NCBI RefSeq assembly: GCF_036321535.1
Contig: NC_087436.1
Span: 11,036,001-11,100,000, forward strand
DNA: 64,000 nucleotides
Reading direction: 5' to 3'
From: Camelus dromedarius
Lineage: Eukaryota
This document shows, one piece after another, positions 25,560 through 37,377 of the stretch. Numbering within the stretch: the stretch's first letter is position 1; every line of letters begins with the position of its first letter. The translations under genes were made by a program, and so were the position numbers. The notes under the pieces are model-generated. The model was not told the DNA's origin and did not search any database. It saw nothing but the letters and a program-made list of their open reading frames with translations.

Positions 25560-26985
25560 TCTTTTTTATTTTTTTGAGGTGAAATTCACATAAACATTAA
25601 ATTAACCACTTTAGAGCGAACAATTCAGTGGCATTTAGTGCATTCATAATGTTGTATGCAATCTTTATCTCTGTCTAATTCTAACTATGGATTATAACCA
25701 AATACTGCTTTGGTTACCGGGTGCTCTTTGAGATGGCTTCTGTGCCCCATTTGACATACCCCCATTAATGTCTGTATTTTTTTTTTCCAATTCTACTTTT
25801 TATTAAGATTTGAGTTGTTCTTAATTATTGCTATGATTACTAGTGCTGCTAGAGACATTTTTGTACTTCTCCTGTGTAAGAGTTTGTCTAGAAATTGATT
25901 TAAAATGGGAGTTTCTCTATCATGGGGTATATGATAAAGCCAAATGTTGTTCTAACTTGGTAGCATTAATTTATACTCCCACCAACAATGTATAAGATGT
26001 CCCACTGAGTCACATTCTCTATAACACTTGATATTAACAGACTTCAAGTTTTGCAAATCTAGTAGCTATAAATAATATTACACTTCATGTCTCTATATAT
26101 TAATAAGGATGAATACATTTTCAAATGCTCACTTATAATTTATGTTTTCTTTCTGTGAAAGACTTGTTCACATATTCTGTTATTTTGACTGTGGGTGTTT
26201 TCTTACTGATACACAGGAATTCTTTGGCAGTTGTGTGTATCACAAATATCTTTTATATTTTTGTCTTGTCACATTTTATTGTGTCTTTAACAAGGAAATA
26301 AATTCTTAATGTCAACCTAGTAGCATAGTAATTTTATCTTTTGTTGTTCTGATTAGTAAAATTATGAAGATTTTCCCCTCAGTATTGTTCCTTAAAGTTT
26401 TGAGATCTTGATTTTATATTTAAACCTTACTCTTTCAAAAACTTAAATTAATTCTATAAAGTGAAATAGAAATACATTTTGTTGTTGTTGTTATTTAGTG
26501 GTGCTGCTATGAACTCTTTGTGCAGTAGTTTATCTTAAAAAAATACATCTGGGAAGGAACTTCTGTAGCACAAGTATAGGTGATAATGCCAAATATTTTA
26601 CTGTATAGGCCTTTCTTTCTTCCAATAATCTGCAAACGCGATCCCTGCTACAAGTAACGTGTAGGTTTAAGTTCCTATTTTGTTTTATTTTTATTTATCG
26701 ATCTTTATGCCAGCACTGCACTGTCTTATTAAGTAGACCATTCTATTTTTTCTCAATTTGGTTGTCTTTTACCACTGACTCTGTGCTCTTTACATACATT
26801 GTAAAATCTGCTTGTCAAGTTCCCCAAAAACCATGCTGAAATAATGTTTTGAATTGAATTGAACCTATAGATCAGTAATGAAGAGAACTCATATCTGTAT
26901 GATATTGAGCTTTCCTATTCATGGATGTTTATCTTTCCATCTACTTAGGTCTCTATAATTTATCAATGGAGTTTTAATTTTCTAT
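25560..26985 (-). mobile_element. Mosaic of ancient L1 (L1MB/MC/ME-like) 3' fragments
   Basis: 'aattcagtggcatttagtgcattca', 'aatttatactcccaccaacaatgtataag', 'attgaattgaacctatagatca'. Confidence 0.7.
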
Positions 26986-26989
26986 ATTT

Positions 26990-28995
26990 ATTTTTTATTG
27001 AAATATAGTTGATGTGCAATGTTATGATAGTTTCAGATGCAATATATAGTAATTTGACATTTGCATATACTATGAAATGATCAACAAATCTAGTAACAAT
27101 CTGTCCCCATACAAAACTATTACAATATTATTGACCATATTTTTATGCTGTATATTACATCACCATGGCCTATTTATTTTATAGCTGGATGTTTGTACCT
27201 CAGCCATTCATCTATTTCCTTGCCTCCCACCCTTCTCCTCTGTGGCAAGAACCTATTTGTTCTCTGTATCTATGAGTCTATTTTCATTTTGTTTTGTTTG
27301 TTTTGTTTTGAAGACTTCATGTATAAATGAGAGCATACAGCATTTCTCTTTCTCTGTCTGACTTGTTTTTGTCTTCCTGATCTTGGAGGAAATGCTTTCA
27401 GCTTTTCAGCTGAGTATGATGTTGACTGTGGGTTTATCATATATGGCCTTTGTTATGTTGAGGTATGTTCCCTCTATAAACATTTTGTTGAGAGTCTTTA
27501 TCATAAATGGATGTTGTCTAGTCACATTTGGTTACAATTTGCTTTTAACTGTGAAGAAGTGACTTTATTTTCATGGACCATTTTCCCCTCACTTGTAAAT
27601 AAGGCTCTATGAGTGGTTTGCAAGTCAGCATCTGAAGACCATGCTCCTATTTTGGATACCCTAATAGAAACCACACATTCACTTATGACACAATGAATGC
27701 ATTGATCAAATTATCCAGTTTCTTAGTCTCGGAATAAAATGAATTACTACAGCATGCTACCATGTGCTCATTTCAGCTCATTAGAAGCTCAGGCATTGTA
27801 TGTTAATATGCAGCTGTATTTAATAAAAAATTTAAATTAGTAATTATTAATAAATGTAGATTAGTAAACAAACAAAAATTAATAAATAAATGGATGTTGA
27901 ATTTTGTCAGAAGCTTTTTCTGCAGCTTTTGAGGTTATCATATAATTTCTACTCTTCAGTATGTTAATGTGGTGTATTACATTGACTGATTTGTGGATAT
28001 TGAACCATTCTTGTGCCCCAGGAGTAAATGCCATGGTGTACGATCATGGTCATGGTGATTGATCTTTTAATATATTGTTGACTTTGGTGGGCTAAGATTT
28101 TGTTGAGTCATTTTGCATCTAGGATATTGGCCTGTAGTTTTTTTGTGTGTGACACCTGTCTGGTTTTGGTATCAAGGTAATGCTGTCCTGGTAGAATGAG
28201 TTTGGAAGCATTTCTTCTGCTTCCATTTTTTAGGACAGTTTAAGAATAGGTGCGAACTCTTCTTTAAATGTTTGGTAGTATTTACCTCTGAAGCTGTCTG
28301 GTCCTGGCTTTTCTTTGTTGGAGGTCTTTTTTTTTTTATTACTGATTCAATTTGATTACTGATAATCAATCTGTTCACATTTTAGATTTCTTCCTGATTC
28401 AGTTTTGAGAGATTGTATGTGTCTAGAAATATCCATTTCTCCTTGGTTGTCCATTTTATTGGTATGTAATTGTTTGTAATAATCTCCTATGATGATCTGT
28501 ATTTCTGTGGTGTCAGCAGTAACTTTTGCTCTTTCATTTCTTAATTTATATATTTGAGCTATCTTTTTCTTGTTTATCTATTTTGTTTACCTTTTCAAAG
28601 GACCAGCTCTTAGTTTTATTGACCTTTTCTATTGTTTTTCAAGTCTCTGTTTCATTAATTTCTGCTCTATATTATTCCCTGTCTTCTTCTAACCTTGGGT
28701 TTTGTTTGTTCTTTTTTTAGTTCTTTTAGGTGTAAAGTTAGGTTGTATATTTGAGATTTTTCTTGTTTTCTGATGTAAGCATGTATCACTATAAAATTCC
28801 CCTTTAGGACTGCTTTTTCTGCATCCCATAGATTTTAGATTGCTGTGCTTCATTTTCATTTGTCTCTAGGTATTTTTTTTACTTCCTCTTTGATTTATTT
28901 CATGACCAGTTTGTTTAGCTTCAACATGTTGTATTTTTTGCAGTATTTTGTGTCTTGTAGTGAAGTCTCATAGCGTTGTGGTCAGAAAAGTGCTT
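26990..28995 (-). mobile_element. L1 (3' tail fused to mid-ORF2 by an internal deletion at about 27365), interrupted by a 369-bp insert
   Basis: 3' tail 'tttattgaaatatagttgat'; minus ORF 28172-28378 MNRLIISNQIESVIKK (ORF2). Confidence 0.9.
27517..27885 (+). pseudogene. Retrotransposed non-repeat sequence (3'UTR retrocopy or orphan transduction), source unknown
   Basis: 14-bp TSD ataaatggatgttg at 27503-27516 and 27886-27899; AATAAA at 27822 and 27849; A-rich tail. Confidence 0.75.
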
Positions 28996-29061
28996 GGGAG
29001 GGAGGGTAGTAGCTCAGTGATAGAGTGTGGGCTTAGCACGCACCAGGTCCTGGTGTACCTC
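28996..29061 (+). mobile_element. Truncated head of the camelid tRNA-derived SINE
   Basis: 'ggagggtagtagctcagtgatagagtg...gcttagcacgcaccaggtcctgg' + 'gtacctc'; B box and tail are missing. Confidence 0.75.
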
Positions 29062-32000
29062 AGTTTACTCACAGCTGCAAGTATACTCACTCTCTGACCA
29101 AAAGAGCAGCCCAGAACACAGTGTCACTATTAAATTATTCTTTCTTGTCCTTGGAAGCCAGAGGGATTTTCTCTCTACAGTTCTGCCAAAAGTATTTTAG
29201 TTGTACCATCAAGCATTTGCTATAGAAAATGTTCCTTGCAGAAACCAAGCCCAAATCCAAAAGTCCTGCATGTGTCTCCCTAATTTGCTCATTTCTCCCT
29301 GAGTTTGGCATTCCCAGGCTGTCTTTTACACACAATAATCCTCATGTCTTAAATAAACAATAATAAAGATATATTATTTCTCCATAAGTGTATTGAGTAA
29401 AATATGAAGCAGAAAGACAAAATATTTGTTACTAAGCTTGATTCTTGACTTTCATATATCTGGACCCTTTCATTTCATTGTCAAGTTTTTAAAACAACTA
29501 CCAAAACATGAAACAATGTAGATTTTACTCTTGCCTATTCTCTGTCCTCATAATTGACACTTTCCAACCTCTCTACTTCCCACTATTAAAATCCCTCTCC
29601 AACTGAACATCCTTTCCATTAACACTGCCAACAGTCTAGCTCAGACCTCAACCAGAGATTTCAACTTTTTGAACATGAGGAAATTTTTTAATATTAATAA
29701 AATGGTTTATCCCTTTTTACAAAAAGGAACTTATATTTTTAGAATCTAATACTTGAGAAAATCTACAAAGACAAAAGCTACTATTGATTTATTAACTCAT
29801 TTAAATGATTTATATTTTATTAGTCAAAATAATATCTCTAAATACCTCCCAGATATTGAGTGTATGTGTGTGTGTGTGTTGTGGTTTTCACGTGCCTAGC
29901 ACTTCTGTCTTATTTGGGAAACAGGCTACCCTTTCTGCTCTGGTTGTGTTTCCCTTGTCGTGATAGTTGGCTTTGGGTCTTGAGGAAGTCACGTCACACG
30001 TGTCTGCAAACGCCACTCCTTGTGTTAGGCGCTGAGTCTTGACAAATCATACAACTGTGATAATTAGAGTTCCTCCATGTGACTGGGGAGAAAAGTCCTC
30101 TAGGGACCAATGGAAAGGCCATGAGGACGTGAGCTTGGCTGCTGGCAGCAGCCCTCCGCTTCACAACATTGTGAACTTGGGATGAGGCCAACTTACAGGG
30201 AACATCAGAGATGAAAAATGAAAACATTTCCTGCTTTTTGAATAAGCTGATTTAAGTTGAATTTTCTGTTAGTTTAAACCTCCCACCCTACAGCGCACCA
30301 TTGAGAAAGCAGGGTCGGGGAAAACCAACTCATCTTTAAAATGATCCGATTCACTTTTTAAATTATAAAAGTAAAACAGCAATAGGAACAAACAAAAAAA
30401 TCAAGCATTACTTAAGAATATAAAAGTAAAGTTTTCCCCCTCAAATCCACAGCCCAGCTTTTCGCTGGAAACTTCTAGATTTCTAGATTTCCTTCCAAGA
30501 TCAAAGACATACAAAGGGGAATCTTTGAAATTTTGTTTAAATGGTTAGTATTATCCAATACATATTAGTCTACCATTTGCTTCCATTCTAGAAATATGGA
30601 TCTACTTCATTATTTTTAATGAGCTCGTTGGCGAGGGAGAAGTTCCAAAGCAGGCAGCTTTCATATTTTTTAGACAAAGAAACAAATTTGTGAGGAATTG
30701 ACAGGATAAAGAAACCTGGCTTTGAGTGCTTAATTAATAAAGAATCTAAGCAGTTTGGGCTTGATTTCCCCACTGCTGTTAGTCCTGTGTGACTTCTGTC
30801 CTGTTCCTGCTGTGCACAATTGGGTAAATACAGGTTCTTGATACTTGGACCGACTATAAACCAGTCACTTTGAAAAATTCATATATATATGTATATATAT
30901 GGTATCTGAATTACTTTTGCAATCTGATCATGTTGGCCTCAATAAGATGCATCTTAACTTATTTCCCTGATCTGAAATATACTATTTTTGGTAAAAACAA
31001 TTCAGTGATGTGCATTACAGAAGCTTGGATGTATGACCTCTGAGAAAGCAGTCATTGAAGATGGAATATCAAATCAACAATAGATAACCAAGTTTAATTT
31101 TCTGTGATTTTCCACAAGATACTTCCACAGTACGGCAGATAGAGACCTAGGTTTAATAAAATAAATATTTAGGAGGCAGAGAGGTTAATGTGACTCTTGC
31201 ACACACACAAAAAAGTAATTTGGTAAATTAGATTCAACACCACCAATCGTTTGAAATTTCTTAAAGATGGTCAATGTGAACTTCTTAGTAGATAACAGAC
31301 ATTCTCTGAAGCCTAACAGCAACCAGAGAAAAATGTTTAAATGTTCCCATGATAATGAATAGTTTGCATTTACTCTGTGCCTTCCTGGAAAAACTCTGAA
31401 GACTTTATGAATGAGTATTTTTGTAAGTAAGTGAGTTTCAGTGCAGAGTAAAGCAAGGTGCTCAACATGACTGGGATCTATCTAAAGACTCATTTCCTTT
31501 ATGAGCCACTTAAAAATATAGGTAATGAGACAATACTCTCTGAAAAAACAACTATGTCTTCAAAAACGTAGATTAATGTAGAAAATGGCTTAGGATTTAG
31601 TAAAAGTTTCCTTTCACTGGAAAAACCAGTTCCAAATTTCTTCATGAGTAGCTACTGCCCTTGACTGTTGATGCCTTCTATGGCCTGTAAGACATATTTA
31701 AATAATTAATAAGTATTGCTTGTTAATCAGTTTAGTTCTTGCTTCCTCCTACAGAAAAGAACAAAATAATCCACAAGCGAGGGCAATATGTTGTCCTCGG
31801 TTCATTGTAGATACTTCAGATCACGTAGACTGTTCTGATATTGGACAGCAATGATCATAGCACGTTTAGGAATATTAACAAGTAATAGTTCTGGAGAAAA
31901 GCCAGTTGGCAAAAACTGCTGCTGCACCAAACAGGAGATTAGCCAGTTCTTTTACTCCCTCCTGCTTTGAAAGTAGAAAAATCTCCACATTACATACAAT

Positions 32001-32767
32001 TACATTATTGTTAATGTTTATATGCACAAAGTATATGCACTTACAAAATATTTAATTTTTAATTAAAACTCAGAAAGTGCCTTGAAACCCTAGTGGGCTG
32101 ATATGTTATGTGCCATATGGTATCCACATGTAGAATTAGGGAAGTTTTTCAGAAATCAATGATCTCGCCAAAAATGTAATGCAAACTAAGTTGTCCCCGT
32201 ATTGAGCTACTGGGGCTCCTAATATTCTTATGAAGAAGATCCTACTCTCAGGACAATTGTGTTTAATTTAATCAGTACGCTTGAAAGTTTGACGTAAAGA
32301 CGTGGAATTAAAATTTTCAAAATTGGTTCTTCCTCTGATATCAGTAATTCTATTTTTTTAAAAAAGAAAAATTCCCAGTTGGCATACAGCTTATCAAATA
32401 TTCTCACCTTTCTGAAACTTTTCCATTCTTATAAAACACCACCTCATCATACTCTACAAATTTAGTTTCCTCAGCCGTTCACTTGGGAGAAGATGTGTTA
32501 CCTGGCCTGTTTGTATTGATCAACTTAACCCAGGGTTAATTAGAATGTAGATGTTAATCAACATGGCTTAGTGAGTGCTTACTGTACAGGAGGAACTGTG
32601 CTTGGCACTTGACAAGGCTCTATGTGATGGGCATTATCAGAGATAATATTCACATGCTGACGGCAATCACAGCACAGGCATTGATTTATCAGTACATACC
32701 AGTACAGACACAGATCATAACTACAATATGTCCTGGAGGTGACCTACCAGCCGGATATTAGCCCTGA

Positions 32768-33154
32768 TCTCTTGGTTTGCTAGGGCCACCATCACAGTCT
32801 ACCTGCCTTAAACAACAGACATTTATTATTTTTTTGTAGTTCTGGAGGCGAGACGTCTGAGACCAAGATGTCAGCAGAGTTGGTTCCTGCTGAGGGCTGC
32901 AAGGAAGAGATCTATTCCAGGGTCTGCTTACCGATCACCTCTTCTCCCTGTCTTTTCATATCTTCCCTCTATCCACATCTGTATTCAAATTTTCTTCTAA
33001 GGACACCAGACATATCAGATCAGTGCCACTAATAACCACTGTTTAACTAAGCCTCCTTAAACACCTGATTTCCAAAGATGGTCATATCCTGAGGTGCTGG
33101 GGGTTAGGACTTCAAGAGATGAATTTTTGAGGGGACACAATTCTGCCCATAACA
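32768..33154 (-). mobile_element. ERVL-MaLR solo LTR (MLT1B-like) inserted in a MIR
   Basis: 'gtttgctagggc...ttaaacaacaga...gttctggagg...ggggacacaattctgcccataaca'; TSD cctga/cctgg. Confidence 0.85.
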
Positions 33155-34865
33155 CCTGGTTACCTTAACTCCATTTTAAGATAAAGAAATAAACTGTAGT
33201 TTAAGTACTTAGCTTATGGTCATATAACTAACAGACTAAAACTAGAGTTCAAATCGAAGTTTGTGAGAGTCTAATTTTCATAATCACTAAAAACTTCAAG
33301 CAATTGATTTTTGAATTATTTGATTTACTTTTTCTTTATATCATTTTATCTTTAAAAAGTTTACGTTAATTATAGACACGTTCAAGTTAAAGGACATTTT
33401 CATCAAGTTAGCATTATAAACTTCTGATTACATGGTATTTGATGTACTACGTGTATTTTTATTTGCTAATTTTTTCTATAACCAGTGGTCGTTCCCAACA
33501 GATATAAGAAAGCTTATGTGAAAAGTCATACTTACAACAAAAACATAAATAAAGAAAACAAACAAACAAACACAGTTTAAGGTAAACTATGAGAAGTGTT
33601 CCTAAGTGTGAACTCTATTTCTGAGCTCCTACGTGTGGAGACCAGTTCAGCCTGAAGAAGGAATTGGAATCCTGTCATGGTATTAGGAAAACATGGTGCA
33701 TCCATTATGTCCAAAACTCGAAACTAGGGCAAGTTTATTCCAGCAGGCTCTTCCAAATTCTAACAAGTTCTCCTGAGGAGAATCCAACTCCCTGAGGGTT
33801 GTTTGACTCCCTAGGACATATGACTTTATTTGATTTTACTTCTTTTACTTGTGAATTATTATTTTCTAGCTATTAGGGCTCAGATTCTGAAAAATTAGAT
33901 ATTGTCTTGTAGAAAATGGATAAATTGCAAATTATTTGTGTCCAGGCATTTGAAAATGATCTCTGTCTATTAGAAGATATAAGATAGCCCAAAGATGACC
34001 ACCACTGTATTGTCCTGTAGGACATTAGCCACTTTTGACTCAAAATTACTTAGCTTTCTTATTCCATCCATCATTTGCCACAAGTAATCAGCTTCAACAT
34101 TCTGTATCATTAATAAGTTAAATAGGTCCCTGAATCTTTAACATGTACCTACTAAGAGACTTACCTATTTAACTTTTTGAAAATGTTATCTTAACATCTG
34201 ATAAACTGATGGGTAAGTGACCCCAAGACATCTATTTCATGAGTTTGTGTGTCTGTGGCAAATATTACTTGTGACATTTTGTGTATAGACATTTTGTGTT
34301 TAGACCAAACTTTAGAGGGAGAAGAGAATGGAGAGAATTGATGGTTCATCCTTGGCCCCAATCCAGGGACTAGACGTGATCTTTTATGACCAAGGTGTGC
34401 AAGCGGCAGGAGGGTCTTGATGAAGCTCAAAACACAATCAGTGTTACATCTGAGCCCAGCCCTGAGAGGTGAAGGGGCAAATCCGCAATCCAGTTTTTCT
34501 TTCAGCTAATATGCTTATAACAGATAAATCATGGCAGACAGTGATTGCTTTATCATTAAAAGATTTTGTAAACACATGGCCCATATTTCTCTAAAAATAA
34601 TTTTTTCTATAAACTAAATTAATGTAAGATTGTTAGTAGAGGGTCAATGAGAAGCAGAAGAGCATCAGGAAAACAAAATAATTTACAACCAACCGGGATA
34701 CTTTCAAGAGTAAAAGGCAAAGCTATTAATCACCCTAGAAATACAAGAGTAAACCATGACTGAGTTGAGCAAATTGGGATTTAAGGTCACTCTACGAAGG
34801 GACAAGAGTAGCAGAATAAATCTTAATTAATGTTTTCTAGGTACTTTTAGAAAATATGAGTGTCC

Positions 34866-35224
34866 TTGCAATGGACATAGAGATGCACTATCCAGATCAG
34901 ACCCCTCCAAGAAAGTCCCCCATCTCCTAGGAGCAGTGTCAATAGGCAGCCTCACGACCAGCTCCTTCATGAAGGCTCAGCCACAGAGGGCTTCCCTGCC
35001 CAAGATCTCACCCTTCCTGGGGGCAGCTCAGGCCATTTCATTCCAGCACAGGACAACTGTCTCAGGCCATTTTAGCTGTAGAGCTCCCGAGGGTTTGACT
35101 TCTTCCTCTGCCCAATCCCACTTCCCTTCCCGCAGGTGTTGATCTCAAGGGCACTTCCTAATAAAAACATTGCCTACTAAACTCCATCTCAGAATCTGCT
35201 TCCCAGAAATCCCAACCTGGGGCA
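34866..35224 (+). mobile_element. ERVL solo LTR (LTR16C-like)
   Basis: 'ctaataaa..aaactccatctcagaatctgcttcccagaaatcccaacctg'. Confidence 0.75.
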
Positions 35225-35289
35225 GTGTTTGACCTTGGTACCTTAAGTAGACTGTAATCGCACGATGCCAACGTGACGATGACCATAGG

Positions 35290-35490
35290 CTGCCTGGTTA
35301 CATTCCCCATGTACCAGTTATATGACTGTGGGCAAGTTACTCAGCCTTGACTTCTTTTCCTGTAAAATGTAGATAAAAATAGAACCTTCCTTACAGGGCT
35401 GCTGTGAGATTTGAATGAGTTAATACATTTGAAGAGCTTAGATGGTGCTTAGAATATAGAAAGTCCTCAGTAATTCTTAGCTGCTATTAG
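35290..35490 (+). mobile_element. MIR
   Basis: 'tgactgtgggcaagttact..ctgtaaaatg..gggctgctgtgagatttgaatgagttaataca'. Confidence 0.8.
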
Positions 35491-35993
35491 TAACAGTGAA
35501 ACTAGTTTCAGTCCTTTTCTAGTCAAAGTTGGAAACAATCCAGCATCTTCTTTAGAGCATAGGAAGCCCACAGCAATTTGGGATTGACTGAATTCACCGT
35601 AATGGGGCTCTTCTCCAAATTCAGTACTCTATGAGCTTCCTGACTGGCACCCAGGTCCTTGGTGATTTAACTCATGCATTATCCAGGTTCTGGCACTAAG
35701 CACAGCCCCTCCAGTGATGAAATTCCCTGTCTGAGGTCCGTGTCTACTCGAAGTCTAGATTCCTGGAATATCCCAATATTCCCACATCCAGGTCCCTAAT
35801 AGTCATCCCAGGATATTCCCAACCTCCCCAAATTTGCTTACCCAGACCTCCAACTATGTCTAGTTGAGCAGATATCTGGGTCTCTTCTTACTCTGAATTT
35901 TTCCAACAGCATGCTCATGCTGCCCCCCCCCCCCTTTTTTTAACCCCTTTAGACCAAATTTCCCAGGTTTAAGTACCCATTTCTTTTCTTAGG

Positions 35994-35995
<2 letters not shown>

Positions 35996-36036
<41 letters not shown>

Positions 36037-36159
36037 AAGGAGTGGGAAGGTAATTAGATTTATTTATTGATTTATTTATAATTGGCAATACTGATGATTG
36101 AACCCAGGACCTCATGCATGCTAAGCATGCACTGTACCACTGAGCTATACCCTTCACCC
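35996..36159 (-). mobile_element. Camelid tRNA-Ala-derived SINE (Vic-1-like) with 39-nt pure A tail
   Basis: 'attgaacccaggacctcatgcatgctaagcatgcac..accactgagctataccct' and 'ggtaattag'; T39 at 35996-36034. Confidence 0.9.
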
Positions 36160-36856
36160 AAACATAGCTTCGATTCACTCCCAAAACAAGAATCTTATTT
36201 TTTTCTCTGTTTTCATACTCAACCCTGTCAGGCTGCAGAGACCCCAGTTCTTTCGTTTGATCATCTTTGCTGATGCCTCCAAAATCTCAGTCCCAATCAG
36301 TGTGACTGAAAGAAAATCTCTCAGGGCAACAAGTCACAAACGACGCAGGGATGTAATAAATGTGGTCTAACATTCCAACCACAATGACTCTCAGGAGCCT
36401 GGTGAGGTTTTGAAGTACAACTCCCCAATTACCTCACAGAACGACACTCGGGTACTGCGTACATCTTGCATTATTTAAGATAGTCTAAGTTATGATAATA
36501 GTAACTGCTTCTGAAGCCAAAAATGAACATTATTTTTGAGATTATTCATTCTAAACATAGAAACCAGTTGTGAAAGAAGAAGGCAGAATATTTTGTCTTG
36601 ATTTTTTTCAGTCTTTAAATAAATTAAGACAGGAATAGTGACAACTAAATTGCATAATCCCTTACTTCAATATACTGCTCAATTAATTTTTATGAATAAA
36701 AAGTATATTTCATACTTGTACAATATTTTAAAGTTTTAATCAAAATTTGTCTTCATAGAACAAACATTTTTATTACTGAGGAAAAATACTTAGAATTAAA
36801 CATTTTCATTTGAGTGTATTAGTTTTAGTGATAGTGGCTGTTTTCCCTGATGTTTC

Positions 36857-37377
36857 AAAAATCCATCATAGATACTTGATAGCCAAAGCAATCCTGAGGA
36901 AGGAGAGAAAAGCTGGAGGCATCACATTTCCTGATTTCAAGCTATATTATAAAGCTATAGTAATCAAAACAGAATGGTATTGGCATAAAAACAAATATAT
37001 AGACCAATGAAATAGAATCGAGAGCCCAGAAATAAACCCATGCATATACAGTAGTTAATATTTGACTAAGGAGCCAAGGATACTCAATGGAGAAAACACA
37101 GTCTCTTCAATAAATGGTGTTGGGAAAATTGGATATTTATATGTAAAAGAATAAAACTAGACTGTATCTTACACCAATCACAAAATAAATAAATTCAGAC
37201 AGATTAAAGACTTAAATGTGAAACCAGAAATCAGAAAATTCTTGGAAGAAAACATAAGGAAAAAGATCCTTGAAATTGTCTTGGCAAAAGTTTTTTTTTT
37301 GTTTTGTTTTTGTTTTTGTTTTTGTTTTTTTGGTTATAGCATCTAAAGCACATGCAACAATCAAAAATAAACAAGTA
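36857..37377 (+). mobile_element. L1 ORF2 3' fragment
   Basis: [36 protein letters not shown]. Confidence 0.92.
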
